Positions 50,432 to 63,844 of a stretch of 64,000 nt of DNA are shown one piece after another (position 1 is the first letter of the stretch; each line of letters opens with the position of its first letter). The notes beneath the pieces were generated by a model. It did not search any database. It was not told the DNA's origin and saw only the letters and a program-made list of their open reading frames with translations. The position numbers and the translations under genes are program-made. Location of the stretch: assembly GCA_951406725.2 (NCBI GenBank), contig OX597815.1:26970001-27034000 (forward strand). The letters run 5' to 3'. This stretch comes from Octopus vulgaris (taxonomy: Eukaryota).

Positions 50432-52844
50432 TCAACAGACTTCTTCAGTTTCTGTCTAGCAATTCCACTCACAAATTATTGGTTGAATGGCTGTAGTATA
50501 GAATGCCAAGTGACAACATTCACACAGTGGCACAGAACCCAAACCACCTGATTCTAAGGCAAATTTCTTAACCCCACAGCAAACCCTGCACCTAGATAGA
50601 CAAATTGCTTATATGAAAATACTTGTTTGTAATAACCTAATAACAAAAAAGAGCAAATTAGATCATTGTATTTATTCATTTCATTAATTTGTAAAAATAT
50701 CTATTTTTCTACTCCAACATAGACTTATTTTGAGGCAGAATTTTTATAGCTGGAAGATTTACCTAATCACCAACCTTTTACATACTTTTTTGCAAGTAAA
50801 GAATTACTTTAGTCCACTGGTCTTTGAAAGCATAGTCATAATGTCAATAAAGAATGTAAACATCCTGTCACTGTTTCACTGAGACAGAGATGAGCAAAGC
50901 ACTGAATGTTAATATTCATGTCACCATCATTCATACACACACACATGCAGATGCACACACACACACACATACACATACACACATGCAGATGCACATACAC
51001 ACAAACACAGAAACAAACACACTCATGCATACACACACACAAAAGCACATGCATACTCACACACAAAAACACACACACAAACACATGCACACACACACAT
51101 ACACAGAAACACACATACATACATACACATACACACATATACACATACAACATGAGCTTCTGCACAGTTTCTGTCAATCAAATTCCATCACAATGCATTA
51201 GACAAGCCAAAGTTATAACAGGTATCGCTTGCTTAAGATGTCACACTGTAGGACTGAACTCAAAACCATATGATTCTGAAGCAAACTTCTTAACCACACA
51301 GCCATGCCTGATATATGTCCAAATTAAAGCATCATTTCATTGAAGTTGCCTTTAGCCAATTTATATTATCAATAAAACTTTAACATTGAATGATTCTTAT
51401 TATTCTTGGACCAATGCCAATTATTAAAATGGGTAGCTATTATATTCAACTATACTTAATGAGTTTACAAATTACTACTCTTCATTTGCCTTAAGCAAAG
51501 CAACTTTGCAAGCTAATTTTAAATGTTTCTCCTTATAATTCACTTTATTCAGAGATCCGAGCTTTAATTAAAGTAACCGTGGCACCCAATTTAATAATAT
51601 TGAATTTTTGGAATTTTTAAGAAGATTCATAAAGCTCGAGGGACAACTTATTAATTTTCATTAAATACACAAAATGAATGGCACAATGGAATAATTTGGA
51701 AAACTACTCTTATGCCTCATAAATAAAAATGAGCGGAAAAAGAATGATAAAACAATAGGATAAAAAAACTCACAGTCACTTTAATAATCCTTGCTTCCTA
51801 GTGTCTTAAACATGCCTAGTGTTAAACTAGGCTTCCTAGTGTGTTAAACCTCCTAGTGTGGTGTTTAACTTTGCATATTGTTCTAAACTAAAAAGGTCAG
51901 ATGATTTTTTTATCCTTGATTCTCTGACATTGGTAAAACTCCTACTGAATTGGATTTCCTTTTAGAAATCAGTAAATCTTAATAAAAACACCAATGACAG
52001 AAGTATTTTCCTACTATTACATCTTAATTCTATTTACAACAGGGAATGTGATACAATCTCAGCAATCCATTTATCTTGAGTTGAATCCAAAACTAAAGAT
52101 AACACAAATAAAAACTACAAACCTTTACTGTAATATAACTACTTATACAGCAATAACAGTGTAACAATATATATATATATTATTTGTGTCTTTGGTCAGT
52201 TAATGTTATTTCCTATTTACTTCTGTTTAGAAATCAAAGGAAATGACTACTATTCCCTTCAAACCCTGTGTTTGTGACCTGGACATCAATGTCTTGAAAC
52301 TGATCTATTTTCCATTACATTTCAAACAAACACGGCACTGAGTTGCTAAAACAGAAATACCATTATAGCAAATATTCTGCTTAATACCATAGATTTGCTT
52401 GTCAGTTGCTTGACCTCAACCACTTGAGCATGTCCCTTAGTGGCTGACAATATGTACATCTCTGATCATGAGCAGGAGTAGTGTTGAGAGGGATTCTTTA
52501 GGGTTTGAATAAATATCATAGCAAAAGCAAAGTTTGAAGGAAATATTAGCCGTTGTCATACTTTCGAGGAGTAAGCAAATAGGAAATAACAGTTGCTATG
52601 CAAGGACAAAAATCGTGTTACACAATGTGAGGATAACAATGGCAATGATATTAACATAAATTTGGAAGCAGTAGCTGCTGGAAACCAATCAAATCATCAT
52701 TTTACTATAAATGCAACTGACAATTCTAAAAATCCTCACCATCCAAAAAAGGAGAGGAATGCTATTTTTGGAATAGTTATATGTTATTTTGTTATTTTTT
52801 GCATTGTTAATGAAAATCTTTTTGATTTATTTTTGTATCTTTTA

Positions 52845-53229
52845 CCTTTTATTTTTCGTATTGTTTCAGTCGTTGGAGTATGGCCTTGCTGGGGCACCAC
52901 CTTGAAGGATTTAGGCAAACAAATTGAGCCTAGTACATTTTTTAAGCCACATATCTATTCTATCTCCTTTGCTGAACTGCCAAGTTATGAGGAGGTAAAC
53001 AAACCAACACTGGTTGTCAAGTGGTGGTGGGGAACAAACACAGACATATAGAAACACACACACACGTAGATATATGCATATGTATATATATATATAAGAT
53101 GAGCTTCTTTCAGTTTCCCTCTATCAAATCTACTCACATGACTTTGATCAGACTGGGGCTATAGCAGAAGACACTTGTCCAGGTTCCACTCCATATGGTT
53201 GGGAAGCAAACTTCTTACCACAGAGCCTG
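52845..53229 (-). mobile_element. Family-B CORE SINE (diverged)
   Basis: Homology to 16985-17398. Confidence 0.75.
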
Positions 53230-53324
53230 AATTACTAACTTATTGTCATTTCTTCAAAATGCTCTTTCTTTGGTTGTGTAGAAAGTATTGTATTGGAACA
53301 ATCTATAATCATCTTAAATTGTTA

Positions 53325-53716
53325 TACTTACTTACTTGTACTTGTGACAGCGTTCACCTAGGGTGGGTTGACGGCATCACGAATCATTCGTGGTTTATAT
53401 GTGTAGACAGACCACCTGCAGACCTGAGAGTTCGGAGAGGTCCTCCTTTATCATCGTTGCCCAGGTTTCCAGCTTCCCGCCTGTGCGTTTGCGCCAGTTG
53501 GGAAGTGGAGGTGAGAGAAGGACATCGTGAATCAACTCACTCTCTGGACGCTGTGCCGCATGACCAAACCACCTTAAGCGCCGTTGTAGAAGCACCGAAG
53601 GGAGGGGCTGGAGATTCAGGCAATGACAAAGACCGGCTGTAGGAACCCGATCAATGCGTCGGCAGCGAAGAATGTGGCAGAGACAGTCATTGTCGAACAC
53701 CTCCAGCCTTCGCTAT
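53325..53716 (-). mobile_element. 3' fragment of a third RTE family with an (AAGT)n tail
   Basis: LEVFDNDCL, RRLRWFGHAA, W..MIKEDL. Confidence 0.8.
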
Positions 53717-54591
53717 CTTAACTTGTGATGGAAATGAAGTCCTTTATTATAAAAGAAGAATAAATCAACTGCATGAGCCAACAACTTCTAAAGTGTGAAA
53801 CACGCTTGTGATTGGAATATTACCCCTTGAAATAATGGATTACAAAAATGATGCATAGGAAAGCTAACCTAATCTGCTTTGCATGGATTTGCTTACATTA
53901 ATTCATCTATAGTGATCAATTTGTATCATAACTCTTACAGTTTCATTGATTTGGAAGGCAGGCATGTAGAAGATTTGGGCACAACCTTTCTGCTAAACCA
54001 AACCAATAATATGAAAAAAAAAATCCAATAGACTGATTAATTTTGTCACTGGTTGGCATTTAAGAGGATTGGTAGTTATTTTTCTGTTTGAGTATGAGTA
54101 ATTAAATATGTAAAAATAGTATATTTTCTTACATGTACATATATATATATATACATACATATCACATTTATCCGATATTTTTCTAAAAATATAGTTAAAT
54201 ATAAATTATCATCACCATCGCCATCATGATTGTCCTCCTCTTCATCATCATCATCATTGTCGTCATCACCACCACCACCACCACCACTACCACCACCACT
54301 CATCATCATCATCATCATCATCATTATCATCATTATCATCATCGAAGCAGTTTTCTTAAACCTGATGTCCTTCCAGTTAGCAACACTTACTTGTTTTGTA
54401 AGTAAGGTTTTGTTTTTTTTCACTGATCCTCAGATATTGAAAACAATGAAACTACAGGGCTATGGAACATTTTGTTTATTGAAGGCATAAACAATTTTAC
54501 CATTTTTGCACAAACAGTGTCAATGTAGAGATATATAGAAACAAGTGCTCACACATGAAATCACACATACAGACACACACACACACAGATA

Positions 54592-56292
54592 CATGGGGTG
54601 TCTCAAAAACATATATACGTTTTAACAGCTAATAACACTTACTTTTCATCTCTTTTTAAATTTAAAGTCATTAGAATTAGTGAAGAGAGTCAAACTAAGC
54701 TTTAACTAAAATGCTATTGGAAGTTTGAAAACAGTTGAAGTGCAAAGACAGTTTAGGAAGGAGTTTCAAACAGATCCACTTCTGCAACTTACCATCATTT
54801 TAATTATAGATAAGTTTGAAGCAGATGGGACTGTTCAGGATTAACATAAGAAACGTTCTGGTAGACACTGACAGGCCCCACAAAGCAAGAATGGGTACTG
54901 GAAACATATTGTCATAGTTCAAGAAAATTTGTGCAGTAAGCAAGTCATGAGATAGGAATTTCAAAATCAAGCAGCCGTCACATTTCAAAGAACTGAGATT
55001 AGAAAAGTTGCACTCCAAGAATAGTTCAGGTTCTCAATGAAGATGAGTGGAGTTTTGTGAGTAACACTTGACAAGGTGTATTGAAGATTCGCACTTTTCA
55101 ACAAAGGTTGTTTGAAGTAATCAAGTTACATTTCAACAAAATGGCTCAATTATCCACCACAATAGCACACAAGAGCACCATCCAAGCGTGATCGTTTCCA
55201 CAGAGGCTAACTGGCTTCCATGCCGGTGGCACATAAAAGGCACCATTTGAGCATGATCGCTACCAGTGTCGCCTTACTGGCACCTGTGCCAGTGGCGTGT
55301 GTAAAAAGATTCGAGCGAGGTCATTACCAGTACTGCCTGACTGACTCCGTGCCGGTGGCATGTAAAAAGCACCCACTACACTCTCAGAATGGTTGGTGTT
55401 AGGAAGGGCATCCAGCTGTAGAAACTCTGCCAGATCAAGATTGGAGCCTAGTGCAGCTATCTGGTTCGCCAGCCTTCAGTCAAAATCATCCAACCCATGC
55501 TAGCATGGAAAGTAGACATTAAACGATGATGATGATGAATAGCATCTACTGGACACCTGAGAATCTGTATATTATAGAGGTATATCTTGTTAATTTACCA
55601 GGAATTATAACATGGTGCTACTTATCACCAAAAGGATTAATTGGACCATTCTCTTTTGACAGTACTGTAACTGGACCAGTATTCTTGAACTTGTAACAAT
55701 CTGTCATGCCAAGCCTTGTCATTCAAGGCTTGGCATGACGATGATGATGATGAATCTGTCATTCAAGGACCTTGCAGGTGTGGAGTCATATTGGAAAATT
55801 CCACACAAAACTAGTAATGTAAGAGCCTACTTTCATGAGATTTTACCAAACAGGTGAATTGGACAAAGTGGTTTAGTAGAATACCCTCTACATTCACTGG
55901 ACCTCACACCACTAGAATTTTTCTTTGTAGAGATGCTAAAAAGATAAAGTTTACAGCAACAGTTAATGAATTGAGGACAGCCATTGAACAAGAATGCTCT
56001 CAATTACTGAATGAAATGTATCTTGATTTTTGAAATTCCATTGCTTCATGTTATCAGCAATGCCTGGAGCAGAATAGTAATTAGTTTGAAAACAAGCATT
56101 CATTAAAAAATTAAATTCTGCCTGAAGATTTTATCAAATTTTGAAAATGAAATGTATTTTGATAAACACTGATTCGTCCAACCCATGCTAGCATGGAAAG
56201 CGGACATTAAACGATGACGATGATGATGATGATGATGACTGACTGACTTTACAATTATTCAATGTGTATATACATTTTTTGGATCACCTTCG
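54592..56292 (+). mobile_element. Tc1/mariner transposon (DUF4817-type N-terminus), decayed, with nested RTE ends
   Basis: [58 protein letters not shown]; degenerate GGTG.CC/TCAAAAA TIRs. Confidence 0.8.
55168..55537 (+). mobile_element. RTE 3'-end insertion within the transposase
   Basis: 7-bp TSD AATAGCA (55161-55167 / 55538-55544). Confidence 0.85.
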
Positions 56293-56334
56293 ATATATTT
56301 TGTGTGTGTGTGTGTGTGTGTAAGTATGAAGGAA

Positions 56335-56655
56335 AGATCAACTGTATGTAATGTCCTTCCTCTGAGACTTGGTGATTTGGCAGGTGTAGTGCAAAAGGGT
56401 TTATTTCTTGATTCCAAGTCTGAAGAAACACATGGCAGTTCACGGAGAACACATCTCACAAAATGACCCAATCAATCCAGAGGAAGTTATGTCTTTTGTT
56501 TGTCACCTATTCTTAAGACGATGCAGATCTGCAGCAGAACTGAATAGTCATCTGAGAGGTCATAGATGGAATGTCAGAAGCATCACTGGTAACAAGGAAG
56601 CTCAGAGAAACAGCAATCATCTGTGAAGACGGAGCAATCCCAGTGTATGTATGTA
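56335..56655 (+). mobile_element. LINE 3' end with degenerate C2H2 fingers
   Basis: LKKHMAVH; FVCHLFLRRCRSAAELNSHLRGH; short UTR into (TATG)n. Confidence 0.55.
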
Positions 56656-56734
56656 GACATAGATAATTGATAGCTATGTAGGTAGGTAGATAGATAGATA
56701 GATAGATCGATAGATATATACATACATACATACA

Positions 56735-57100
56735 TGCATGATGGCTGCCCCTTCATTATCAAGTATGGCCATTGCACGAAGCTTAACTGTCATTGGTGAT
56801 GTGATCGAATGTGACTTTTTAGCCCAGCTAAAGATCTACAATGTCTTGTACAGAATTGGCAGCTAAAACCTTTTCTGGCTGTAGCTGGCTGTAATTGTAA
56901 CTGGGCTTCATGTACCTTTGCATGTCGTTTAAGTCCACCTGCCGAATTACACTCTCTTCCACATGCCTGACAGATATGATTAGTATGGGGTGTAACACCA
57001 CCACCGGTGGCCAGGTTGTCACTCATCTGTCTCGCTTTATGACTTTGAAGATGACTCTTGAGTCCAGCTTTACTGAGGCAGGGTCTTGCACAGACACTGC
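56735..57100 (-). mobile_element. RTE-like LINE 3' end encoding three C2H2 zinc fingers
   Basis: CSVC..SHLQSH, CQAC..RHAKVH, CQFC..SHIRSH, stop at 56790, ~50-nt UTR, (TATG)n on both sides. Confidence 0.7.
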
Positions 57101-57874
57101 ATACATACATACATACATACATACATACATACATACATACACATACATGATAGGCTTCCATACAATTTCCATCTACCAGGTTTCACTCACGCCACATTAG
57201 TCAGCCTAAGGCTAAGGCTATAGTAAAAGACACTTGCCCAGAGTATCACATAGAAAGCTGGATACAAAAAAACACACATGGTTGTGAAACAAACTTATGC
57301 AATGACTTTCATAAATGGCACAAAAAAATATGAAACAGAAATTATTTATAGTAATGTTCTTAATTTATAACAAAACACACCATTCAGCTCGTCTTAATTA
57401 TACATCACTTTAATAGATGCTTCAAGTTAATACAACTTTAAATCAGATTCTTATAGAAGCACTTCTGAATTTTCAACTTCACAAGGCTAACCAAGTCATT
57501 ATAAAATATAGAAAATATGTAGTGGGGAGGGTGATAATTACAACATTAAGAGGATAGGGAACAAAAGCAAAGCACATTTACTGTAAGAAGTTCTAAAAAT
57601 ATTATCAACTGACTAGAAATGCCAAACTCTCTATTATTACAGATTCAATCAGTAACATTGATTTGGACACCTTAGAAAATGTATTATGTTTGTACCTACA
57701 TTTAATGATCTATCGCTGCAAACGACTATGGACAACACATATAGATTCACTGCATTGTCTACTGTATCAGTTCAATTAAGAAAAACAAAAAAACACTGAA
57801 GAAATCTCTGGTTTTTTTCCCTTACTCTCTCTCTCTCTCTTTCTCTCTTCTTTTCTTTCTCTCTCTCCCTCCCA

Positions 57875-57906
<32 letters not shown>

Positions 57907-58108
57907 TCCTCGTCCCTGAACTTGCTCCATCTCTCTCTATCACTCTATGCCTGTTTGCCTCTCTTTCTCTCCCTCTGTGTGTGTTGTGTGTATATGTATA
58001 TATATATATATATATATGTATAAGGGTGAAAAGGAACACACGAGTTGATATATATGAAAAAACAAGTAAAAAATAGAAAATGCTAAAATAATTTTATAGT
58101 GAACATTT

Positions 58109-58146
58109 CAGTACCGGTTTCGGTCATTTTGAGACCTTTTCAACTG
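58109..58146 (-). ncRNA. Minimal hammerhead ribozyme, U3-A8 core variant (element sense)
   Basis: CAG-TTGAAAA-GGTC tcaaaat GACC-GAAA-CCGG-TA-CTG. Confidence 0.75.
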
Positions 58147-58765
58147 TAACGATTAAATAATTAAATTTAGAAAAATTAGAAGAAAAGTTTTTTTAAAAGA
58201 ATATTTCTATAGTAGTGTTCAGATTTAAGTGGCATTCTGCCTTTCTCTGACTCCCTTGTTTGCACTTGTGTGTTCGAGGTAGTTGTGAGTTCTTGGTAGG
58301 GTAGTAGAGGGAAGGCTGGTGAGGAAAGGGGTGGGAGAATCTGGGAGTGCCCTGATGGTCGTATTTTGAATGGTCAGTGGCGGCTGGCAGTCTCAGTTCA
58401 ATTCAGGAGAATATTTATATTGACAGGCTTGTTTATAGAATTAGCGTAGGTGTTATACTAAAAAACATTAGTGACAAAGTTAAGGGGTAGGGGGTGGAGA
58501 AGAAGAAGAAGAAGAAGAAGAAGAAGAAGAAGAAGAAGAAGGAGGAGAAGGAGAAGATGGTGGTGATGATGGTGGTGATGATGATGACGCCGATGATGAT
58601 GATGATAACGATGATGATGAAGAAGAAGAAGAAAAAAACAGAGAAGGGAGAATATGAATGGGTGTAAATATAGCTATGAAGGGGCTGATTAGTAATGGAT
58701 TCTATGGAGTGTAGTATTTGTGTGTGTATATATATTTTTTTCTTTTATTCTAAAGTTGAGGTATA

Positions 58766-60262
58766 TTAATTGTTTGTCGTAGACCCGTTAAGAAGTGGCT
58801 TGTATTTTGTAATAAAGAGATTTTCTTTACTTATTCTTTGTCTGGAGGTTGTATCATCCCTAAATTGGTAGAGGGGGAAAATTCTGAAGTTTGGTGTTTT
58901 TTTGTTGGCGCAAGTATCTATGTGTTGGCTAAAAGCTATTTTTCTGTTTTGGGGAATTTTTATCTGGGATCTGTGCAGGGCCATTCGTTTAAGCAAACCA
59001 TTTTTTGTTTGGCCTATGTACTGCTCTTGACACCCGGAGCAGGTTAGTGAGTATATTAGGTTCTCCGAAGCACATGTGAAGTTGCTTTTCACTGTAAACC
59101 GTTGTCCCTGTTTGAAGGAGAACTCAGAACCCTCGATTAGATAGTCGCATATCCCGCAATTGGGTCTTCCACATTTTTTTACTGTCGGCTTCTGTGTTGA
59201 AGAGTGAATTCGGGCTTGTGTAAGGAGACTTTTCATGGATCTAGGCTGTCTTTTGCTTTTTATGATCGTGTGTGTTTGGAGGATTGTGTTCATTCTGTGG
59301 TCTTTTTTTAGGAGGGGTATGTTGTGGAGGATGGTGTCGAAGGCTTCGTTATTGAGAGGGTTGTGTGTGGAGATGTATGGTAAGGCTTTTGGTTGTAAGT
59401 TTTTCTTTGATTTGGGATGTCTCAGTTCCTTGATGTTAAGTTGAAGGGCACGTTGAATGCACTTGTCAATAAGTGAAGGTGGATAGTTCCTGGTGATTAG
59501 GGTATCTTTTAGTTCTTGTAGTCGTGTGTCTCTGGTGTTTGCGTTAGAGACTATAGTGCATATCCTTTTTGCTAGATTGAAGGGGATATTCATCCTGGTG
59601 TGTCTGGGGTGGCATGAATTGAATGGAAGATATTGCTTAGAGTCTGTAGGCTTATAGTATATGTCTGTTTCTATTATATTATTAGCTTTCTTAATGAGGA
59701 TATCGAGGAAGGGGAGTTGTTGTTGGCTATATTCCATCGTGAATTGGATGTTTACGTCCAGTCTGTTTAAAATTTTCTGGAATTCTATGAGTTTTTCTAT
59801 ATTTTTATGCCAAAGGATGAAACAGTCATCTAGATATCTCTTCCAGTTGTTTTCTATGTAGATGGAGAAAGGGCTGCCATATCTTTCTAGAACCTTACGA
59901 TACAGACTGATCTCTAGGTATCCTATGACTAGGTTGGCAAAGGAGGGGGCCATTCGTGTACCCATCGCAGTCCCCGATTTTTGTCGGTAGAAGTTGTCAT
60001 TGAAGGCGAAGAAGTTATTTTCCAGGATGAATTTAACCCCTTCTATCACAAATTCTTTTTTGATGCGGTGTGGTAGTTCGTTGGCGTGATTCTCTAGCCA
60101 GAATTGGATTGCCTCTAGTCCTAGGTTGTGGGGGATATTGGAGTAGAGGTTGACTACATCGAAGGATACCAGTATGGTGTTTTTGTTTATAGTATTCGGT
60201 AGGTGATTGAGCATATCTAAGTCGTCCCTTATATAGCTTTTGACATGTTTGAGGAGTGGTTT
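58766..60262 (-). CDS. PLE reverse transcriptase + GIY-YIG endonuclease (N-terminally truncated, frame intact)
   Basis: LVSFDVVNLY, GTAMGTRMAP, RYLDD, LPFLD, YYKPT, SCHP, CGRPNCGIC, LIY..QYIGQT. Confidence 0.95.
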   Translation of the reverse strand, partial: KPLLKHVKSYIRDDLDMLNHLPNTINKNTILVSFDVVNLYSNIPHNLGLEAIQFWLENHANELPHRIKKEFVIEGVKFILENNFFAFNDNFYRQKSGTAMGTRMAPSFANLVIGYLEISLYRKVLERYGSPFSIYIENNWKRYLDDCFILWHKNIEKLIEFQKILNRLDVNIQFTMEYSQQQLPFLDILIKKANNIIETDIYYKPTDSKQYLPFNSCHPRHTRMNIPFNLAKRICTIVSNANTRDTRLQELKDTLITRNYPPSLIDKCIQRALQLNIKELRHPKSKKNLQPKALPYISTHNPLNNEAFDTILHNIPLLKKDHRMNTILQTHTIIKSKRQPRSMKSLLTQARIHSSTQKPTVKKCGRPNCGICDYLIEGSEFSFKQGQRFTVKSNFTCASENLIYSLTCSGCQEQYIGQTKNGLLKRMALHRSQIKIPQNRKIAFSQHIDTCANKKTPNFRIFPLYQFRDDTTSRQRISKENLFITKYKPLLNGSTTNN

Positions 60263-60311
60263 TAAAAAAACTTTTCTTCTAATTTTTCTAAATTTAATTA
60301 TTTAATCGTTA

Positions 60312-60349
60312 CAGTTGAAAAGGTCTCAAAATGACCGAAACCGGTACTG
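60312..60349 (+). ncRNA. Second copy of the U3-A8 hammerhead in the inverted repeat
   Basis: Identical sequence on the plus strand. Confidence 0.75.
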
Positions 60350-60398
60350 AAATGTTCACTATAAAATTATTTTAGCATTTTCTATTTTTTACTTGTTT

Positions 60399-60821
<423 letters not shown>

Positions 60822-62145
60822 CTATATGTCAGCCAGGAATGCCACTACAAAGTCTTTTGAAAAATCTAGAACAAAACAATAGCCTAGCAAAGCTAACAAA
60901 GCTACAAGATATAAGAACACACTTGTTTTATTCACTTCATGATTTCTAAACATTCTACACTGTTATTACTGTTTTTAGTGTTTGCTGCTTCTCCAATAAC
61001 ATGTATCATTACATATTCATTATCTTAGAGTTAAAATCTAAAAGTTCTGAATTAAAATTCCACTGGGGTCGTCTTGTTGTTGTTATTGTTGCTGCTGCTG
61101 TTGTTGTTGTTGTTAAGCATCAAGTCAGTTGATATATGATCAAAGATTTTCTTATCAAGATTATTCCATCATGTTTTAAGAGAGATGTGCTACTTAGGTA
61201 GTCTTAATGAACTCTCCTAAAACCCTTTTTTGTAACCTAGAACCTTTTATTTGTAATCAGTACAATGCTTAGGTTCTGATTGTGTAACAATGTTACAAGC
61301 ACCAGTGCCTTGGAGACACTCATCCTGGACACATCACCCTATTAAAAAACACAATATCAGAATTCACTAATATATTCACACATATAATTCAGATATATTC
61401 ACACACACACACACACATACACACACATTATCAGGATGAAATAAACATTAGATATCACCTGAGATTCTCACATGATATCTACCACAATATTGTTTGTTCT
61501 AACAAAACATCGATAAATGGGGATATTATATTTATCTAATATTCTTTCTTAATTACACATTTTTTAATATTACATAATGCTGTAATATCTCCAGAATACT
61601 TTGATATTTATCACCAGCCATTGTAATCAAGTGATATAAAGTGATTTTGATAAATAACATTCCTTGAAAATGTATATAACTTCCTGATTCATAAGTTCTA
61701 GTAGTGATTTTGTGTTTGATGAAATGAAAATGATTTCAACAGGTATGCATGCTTGGATGACTCAAGCTTTGATTAGGAGTATTATTCAAAAACAGAAGTG
61801 CTTTTGGCTGGCTGAAAATTATTATTCTCACAGTAACACTTGAAAGACAGAAACATTCAGCAAATCATTCAGTAAACAAATCTAGATTTGAATACATTTT
61901 ACATGGCCCTTGGTGTATCAAAGTCAATAAACAAGCAATGGAATGAATATCAGGTCTCCTGTGATATTTTTTCTTAACAACAATGAGTGACAATTTTTCA
62001 TTGCTTTATACATGTGGTGCTTTTTTTTTTATCTCCTTTATGAGAGATAAGCTTTAGATGATAAACATTTCCATTCTAGCCCCTGTTTATTTACATTTAA
62101 AACTAGATTTGATGGATGTTTACCCCTTTCTATGATATACTTCAA

Positions 62146-62360
62146 TTCTTTTCTGCTCTAGGCACAAGGCTCGAAATTTTGTGGGGAGGGGGGCAGTCGA
62201 TTAGATCGACCCTAGTATGCAACTGGTACTTAATTTATCGACCCCGAAAGGATGAAAAGCAAAGTCGACCTCAGCGGAATTTGAACTTAGAACATAAAGA
62301 CAGATGAAAAACCGCTAAGCATTTCGCCCAGCGTGCTAATGATTCTGCCAGCTCGCCACC
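62146..62360 (-). mobile_element. Family-A-related SINE
   Basis: AACTGGTACTTAATTTATCGACCCCGAAAGGATGAAA core. Confidence 0.85.
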
Positions 62361-62378
62361 TCATGATATACTTCAGTT

Positions 62379-62558
62379 GGCACAGGCATGGCTGCATGGT
62401 AAGAAGTTTGCTTCTCAGCGACATGGTTTCAGGTTCAGTCCCATTCTGTGACACCTTGAGTGAGTGTCTTCTACTATCGATCCAGGCTAACCAATGCCTT
62501 GAGAGTGGATTTGATACACTGAAACAGAAAGAAGTCTCTCTCTCTCTCTCTGTCCATG

Positions 62559-62589
<31 letters not shown>

Positions 62590-62683
62590 TACTATCTCCT
62601 TGCCTTTGTGTGATCTCTATAAACAAGTGTCATCTTCCATGAAAACATGTCTGGTCACAGGGAAATATTACCTTGCTTGGATG
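62379..62683 (+). mobile_element. SINE, family-B head with the alternative 3' body (as in 41140-42627)
   Basis: GGGAAATATTAC.TTGCTTGGA shared with ~42451-42475. Confidence 0.7.
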
Positions 62684-62792
62684 TAATTATGCGAGTGGAA
62701 AAGCAGCCATTAAAATGATACTGATGACTTCAGCTGTACTGGAAATCCTAATGCATCTTGGATGTCAGTACTTGCTGATTCCTCTATTATTT

Positions 62793-63050
62793 CACATAAA
62801 AATCACCATTTGAGCGTGGCCATTGCCAGTACCGCCTGACTGGCCCTCATGTTGGTGGCACGTAAAAGCACCCACTACCCTCTCGGAGTGGTTGGCATTA
62901 GGAAGGGCATATCTGGCTGTAGAAACTCTGCCAGATCAGATTGGAGTCTGGTGCAGCCATCTGGTTCGCCAGACCTCAGTCAAAATCGTCCAACCCATGC
63001 TAGCATGGAAAGCAGACGTTAAATGATGATGATGATGATGATGATGATGA
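62793..63050 (+). mobile_element. RTE 3'-end fragment
   Basis: Conserved 3' end, (GAT)n. Confidence 0.85.
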
Positions 63051-63182
63051 GAGACTAGAACATTTCAATTTCACCATTCAAACCATTCATCAGAAGCAAC
63101 AAACATTTGGTTGACTTGCTCAATTTTGTGTCTTGTGTTTTTTTTTTGTCGGTTAAGTAAATATAGCACTTTTTGTTGCATA

Positions 63183-63344
63183 GGTGTAGGAGTGGCTGTG
63201 TGGTAAGCAGCTTGCTTACCAACCACTTGGTTCTGGGTTCAGTCCCACTGCATGGCACCTTGGGCAAGTGTCTTCTACTATAGCCTCAAGCCGACCAAAG
63301 CCTTGTGAGTGGATTTGGTAGACGGAAACTGAAAGAAGCCTGTC

Positions 63345-63392
<48 letters not shown>

Positions 63393-63588
63393 TTGTCCCC
63401 CCAACATCGCTTGACAACCGATGCTGGTATGCTTACGTCCCCGTTACTTAGCAGTTCGGCAAAAGAGACCGATAGAATAAGTACTAGGCTTACAAAGAAT
63501 AGGTCCTGGGGTTGACTTTTTCGACTAAAGGCGGTGCTCCAGCATGGCCACAATCAAATAACTGAAGCAAGTAAAAGAATAAAAGAGT
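63183..63588 (+). mobile_element. Full-length family-B CORE SINE
   Basis: TGGCTGTGTGG A box, GGTTCAGTCCC B box, CCTTGGGCAAGT core, microsatellite, (AGTAAAAG)n tail. Confidence 0.9.
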
Positions 63589-63844
63589 AATGGAAAATGA
63601 TGAGTGTTGCTGTGACATACCATCTACCCAAACAATTAACATTTCTTCTATATTTTCCCATAATTTTACTTTATATTCATGTTAATTTAAATGAATTACA
63701 CTCAAATTTTGCAAAGCAACTTTGATTTTGACGAATCGATTCGTTATGGTTCTAAAGATAATTGTGCAAGTCTTAATGAATCTGCAACAAAGCTTTGCTT
63801 TTCCTCCTCCTTCTACAATTCCTGATTATGTGGCATGAAGGAGT

